Part shown: positions 56,906-59,817 of the stretch, in pieces
How positions within the stretch are numbered: the first letter of the stretch is position 1
Layout of the letters: the number at the start of each line of letters is the position of its first letter
IMG/VR virus record: IMGVR_UViG_3300012920_000042
Span: 1-59,817 of that record
Length of the DNA stretch: 59,817 bases
Source: a virus
Taxonomy: Duplodnaviria > Caudoviricetes
Strand: one strand, 5' to 3'
The notes under the pieces: generated by a model
The model's input: the letters and a program-made list of their open reading frames with translations, nothing else
Told to the model about the DNA's origin: nothing
The model's database searches: none
Made by a program: the position numbers and the translations under genes

Positions 56906-57777
56906 GCTAGTTTCCTCATGTACATTAATATATCTTCAGACATTTCTAGTTCGGAAGGAATGCCCATGTCTTGTATTTGTTTATTATCCCTGATACTGTC
57001 AAGTATTTTATTTACTAGTTCAGCAGGATAGTTTTTTTCTATTGCATTTTTTAAACTTTCAAAACTGTTTAAATCTGCTTTGTTGTCTAATCCTAATACT
57101 TTTACAATTTCTTCTGGTGTAAGCCAAGGACCATCAATGATAACATTATTGTTTTGTTTTGTATACCCGTCGCCATTCTTCTTAGGCACTGGTGTTCTTT
57201 TAACTCTTACTAAACCTTTTGTAGGAGAAAACAAAAATTGTTCTGACTCTAAACTTCTACCATCCTCTGTTTGCTCTTCTGAATCTTTTCTATTATATAA
57301 TGCGGCAACTGTGGCTAACATTATGTTTCTGTATACACCTTTGTATTGACTTTCTCCTTCGCCCGGCGAATGGTAATAAGTTTTCATCCAACCTGGATTA
57401 CCTGGCATAAAGTCTAATTGTACAAAACCTGTTCTTGCTCTATCTGATTTTTTATTAGGATCATAGTTTGCTATTTTTACTTTTGTCATTATAACACTAC
57501 TCTTAGCAATGTCTATGATATCAGGATTAGTTTTTAATTTGTCTAGTAGTTCAGGCATTGCATCAGGCTCTACATCTATAGCAACATCTATGTCTCCTGA
57601 AAATTCCTTTTTACCCACTGAACCTAACACGTTGTTTTTCAATTCCATTCCCAAAGATTTTTCTAAGTAATCTAAAGTAGGTTCAATTTCGTCAATGTGA
57701 ATAGCACCCACGCCAGACATACTTCCACTTTCGTTAAGTGTTTCAAGCCGTTCTTTGGTAACTTCAAACAAACGCAT
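56902..57777 (-). CDS. Pol-beta superfamily nucleotidyltransferase
   Basis: LGSVGKK..SGDIDVA..VQLDFM. Confidence 0.75.
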   Translation of the reverse strand: MRLFEVTKERLETLNESGSMSGVGAIHIDEIEPTLDYLEKSLGMELKNNVLGSVGKKEFSGDIDVAIDVEPDAMPELLDKLKTNPDIIDIAKSSVIMTKVKIANYDPNKKSDRARTGFVQLDFMPGNPGWMKTYYHSPGEGESQYKGVYRNIMLATVAALYNRKDSEEQTEDGRSLESEQFLFSPTKGLVRVKRTPVPKKNGDGYTKQNNNVIIDGPWLTPEEIVKVLGLDNKADLNSFESLKNAIEKNYPAELVNKILDSIRDNKQIQDMGIPSELEMSEDILMYMRKLA

Positions 57778-58292
57778 TATTTTTTCTTCTTGGATTTATT
57801 GCCCCAATTCTTAGCACCCTTCTTTCTGCATTGTACCAATGCACCACTGGCGTAAGCACTAGGCCATATTTTATACCTGCTTTTTACTTTGTGATAGCAG
57901 GCATCTCTTTTTGGTTTTTTCTTTTTCTTTGCTTCATCTAAGCCTTCAATAGGCCCACCGCATTGTGGACATTGATCAAAAGGAATCTCTAAATATAAAC
58001 TTTCATTGCTTACATTTTTTGCTTTACCTTTACGATTTTTGTTGCCGTCTTTTCTACGTTTTCTATTAACTGCTTTGGCTATTTCTTTTTTGCCACCTTT
58101 TGCTCTTAACTTTGCGGCTTTTGATTTACTTAAACACTTAGGTTTGCCTTCACCTTTTTTGCTGTCGCCACACTTACCAATTCTTTCACCTTTAGAATTG
58201 TATCTATCCCAACCGCCGCCTCCGGCTCCACCTTTTTTGCCTTTGCCAAACCATGCTCTTAGGTCTTCTGATAGGATATCATTTATTAACAT
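57777..58292 (-). CDS. Basic modular protein (DUF5872-like)
   Basis: MLINDILSE|DLRAWF..KPKCL; CPQCGG; DACYHKVKSRYKIWPSAYASG. Confidence 0.65.
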   Translation of the reverse strand: MLINDILSEDLRAWFGKGKKGGAGGGGWDRYNSKGERIGKCGDSKKGEGKPKCLSKSKAAKLRAKGGKKEIAKAVNRKRRKDGNKNRKGKAKNVSNESLYLEIPFDQCPQCGGPIEGLDEAKKKKKPKRDACYHKVKSRYKIWPSAYASGALVQCRKKGAKNWGNKSKKKK

Positions 58293-59245
58293 TAGGCGGC
58301 TCCTGCCCTCGCATCGTTCCTTGCTTTGATTGCCGATGTTAATTGTGCTCTTTGATCTGCTGATAAGTTAAAAATTCTATCAACTATATCATTTAGTTGA
58401 GGGTCATCTACTTGTCCTGGTCCATCATCTATTGGCTCGCCTGTTTCATCGTCTCTGCCATTGTTATCTCTGTCTCTAGGATTAGTGCCGTCTCCTGCGC
58501 CGGCGTCCCGAGCTGATTCACCTGCATCTGCAAAAATTTCTTTTGCAAGTACTTTTGGCTCTGTTGCTGTTTGAGGTAGCACTAAGTTTTGTAATGCAGA
58601 AGGCTGTCTCATCTGAGCCTGTAGAGCGGCTTTTACAACTTCATTTCTTCCCTTAGCAGTTAATATCGAAGCACCTCCAACACCTTTTCCGCCGGAACCA
58701 AATTGTGTGCCGCCTTGATTGCCTGGTCTAAATTGTCCTACTAGAGCATCGGGTATTGGTTTATTAAAGTTTGGATTTTGTACTGGTTGTCCTGGTACAA
58801 ATTTCTGGAGGTCCACATCACCATTTTCACCTGGAGTTGGCCAACCATAAATAGCGGCCTGTTGTTTTCTTTTTGCCATATCTTTATTAACAACTATTTC
58901 TTTTCTATCATCAACATCACCAGGGTTCCATCTTTTTAAATCGATGTCTACTTCTACTTTTGCTGTTTGAAATGCTTTTGTGAGTATCTGCGGACTAATA
59001 CCTGCATCTAATAAAAATTGTGCAAGGTCCTCTGCTTTGATTTGATTTTCTTGGACACCTGCTGATTTCATTGATGCTGTAAATCTGCTCTGCAACTCAG
59101 TCTGATAAGTGTTTACAAAGAGTTTCATTTGGGCCTCTTCAAAGCCCATAGAGGCTAATGCCGCATTTCCTAAATTAAGAAAATTATTTTTAAGACTTTG
59201 TTTCCAATCTTCGTTGGTTTGTTTAGTTACTTCTGAGATTTTCAT
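58292..59245 (-). CDS. Hypothetical head-associated protein
   Basis: MKISEVTKQTNE|D start. Confidence 0.65.
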   Translation of the reverse strand: MKISEVTKQTNEDWKQSLKNNFLNLGNAALASMGFEEAQMKLFVNTYQTELQSRFTASMKSAGVQENQIKAEDLAQFLLDAGISPQILTKAFQTAKVEVDIDLKRWNPGDVDDRKEIVVNKDMAKRKQQAAIYGWPTPGENGDVDLQKFVPGQPVQNPNFNKPIPDALVGQFRPGNQGGTQFGSGGKGVGGASILTAKGRNEVVKAALQAQMRQPSALQNLVLPQTATEPKVLAKEIFADAGESARDAGAGDGTNPRDRDNNGRDDETGEPIDDGPGQVDDPQLNDIVDRIFNLSADQRAQLTSAIKARNDARAGAA

Positions 59246-59501
59246 CTTGTTTTCCCTGGGCTTCTTTAATTACTTTTCTAATACCACGGGAAAACTTCTT
59301 TGTGTCTTTACTGCGAATGCTGTTGATAAGCCTGTTTGTTAAATCTTTAGAAACTTTTTCATCATAGTTGCTTTCAATTTGCTCTATTAAATTAATTGCA
59401 CTATTGATAACATGCTCACCACGATTTTCTACAACATAATCTTTCGATCTGTCGATAGAGATAGAGTTGAGTTCCTCTAATATGCTTTTTGTTTTTCGCA
59501 T
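59223..59501 (-). CDS. Hypothetical protein, first gene of the late operon
   Basis: AAGGA SD; GATAAATA at ~59530. Confidence 0.7.
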   Translation of the reverse strand: MRKTKSILEELNSISIDRSKDYVVENRGEHVINSAINLIEQIESNYDEKVSKDLTNRLINSIRSKDTKKFSRGIRKVIKEAQGKQDENLRSN

Positions 59502-59535
59502 TATTTTCCTTTCGTGATATTACTATGAGTATTTA

Positions 59536-59817
59536 TCACTTTTTATTCTTAAGGAAGTCTCTTAATTGCAACCCTGCCTCTACAACATCCTGTGCTGACT
59601 CCTCATCAGCATTAATTGAGCCTGTACGTTTGAGTTGACTAACCAAAGAATTGGTTGTCATTGTTAAAGTATCCTCATCACCTTCATCTAAATCTTCAAT
59701 ACGCAACGTATCTGGATTAAATTTTAAGTCTACTTTACTGCCTACACCACTACTAGAACGTGTTTTCATAAATTGTATCTGATATCTACCACGTTCCCTC
59801 ATAGCATTACTTGTAAA
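59536..59817 (-). CDS. DnaB/gp41-like replicative helicase, C-terminal end (truncated by window)
   Basis: FTSNAMRERGRYQIQFMKTRSSSGVG..F..DTLRI (SF4 K-x-R motif). Confidence 0.7.
   Translation of the reverse strand, partial: FTSNAMRERGRYQIQFMKTRSSSGVGSKVDLKFNPDTLRIEDLDEGDEDTLTMTTNSLVSQLKRTGSINADEESAQDVVEAGLQLRDFLKNKK

Noticed and set aside
160-59342. Numerous short antisense ORFs in the track (e.g. 160-381, 3376-3798, 15614-16057, 46604-46993)
   Set aside because: Lie opposite well-supported genes, with no motifs or start signals
1-59817. Stop-codon reassignment or a eukaryotic giant-virus origin
   Set aside because: Genes are intact in the standard code with TAA, TAG and TGA all used as stops; SD sites, sigma70 and T4-type late promoters and PAAR indicate a bacteriophage

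Overview
AT-rich, densely coding segment of a large T4-like (jumbo-type) myophage genome, probably infecting an aquatic proteobacterium (host assignment is inference). Evidence: many T4 late-promoter boxes (ATAAATA), consensus sigma70 early promoters, a PAAR spike, nrdA/nrdB/glutaredoxin, a gp41/DnaB-like helicase end, four tRNAs (Ser-GCT, Glu-TTC, Ala-TGC, Thr-TGT) and many auxiliary genes (queD, ribosomal bL33, UvsE, peptide deformylase, Grx4, (p)ppGpp-hydrolase-like HD, GH6, desaturase, glycosyl/methyl/SGNH enzymes). Most notable: (1) about 15 genes share a T4 capsid-targeting-like N-terminus, and several are modular 'polyproteins' whose enzyme modules (Cu/Zn SOD, ParB/Srx, amidoligase, PD-(D/E)XK, HIGH-type nucleotidyltransferase) are delimited by prohead-protease-like x-x-E sites, suggesting a virion-packaged cargo system that also includes an RNA-ligase-like plus Pol-beta nucleotidyltransferase pair; (2) a tandem glutamine-I (glnA motif) riboswitch upstream of an unannotated 51-aa DUF4278-like ORF; (3) systematic leaderless late genes (ATAAATA-N5-ATG); (4) several candidate structured ncRNAs. 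All family assignments are from motif recognition by eye, not database searches.
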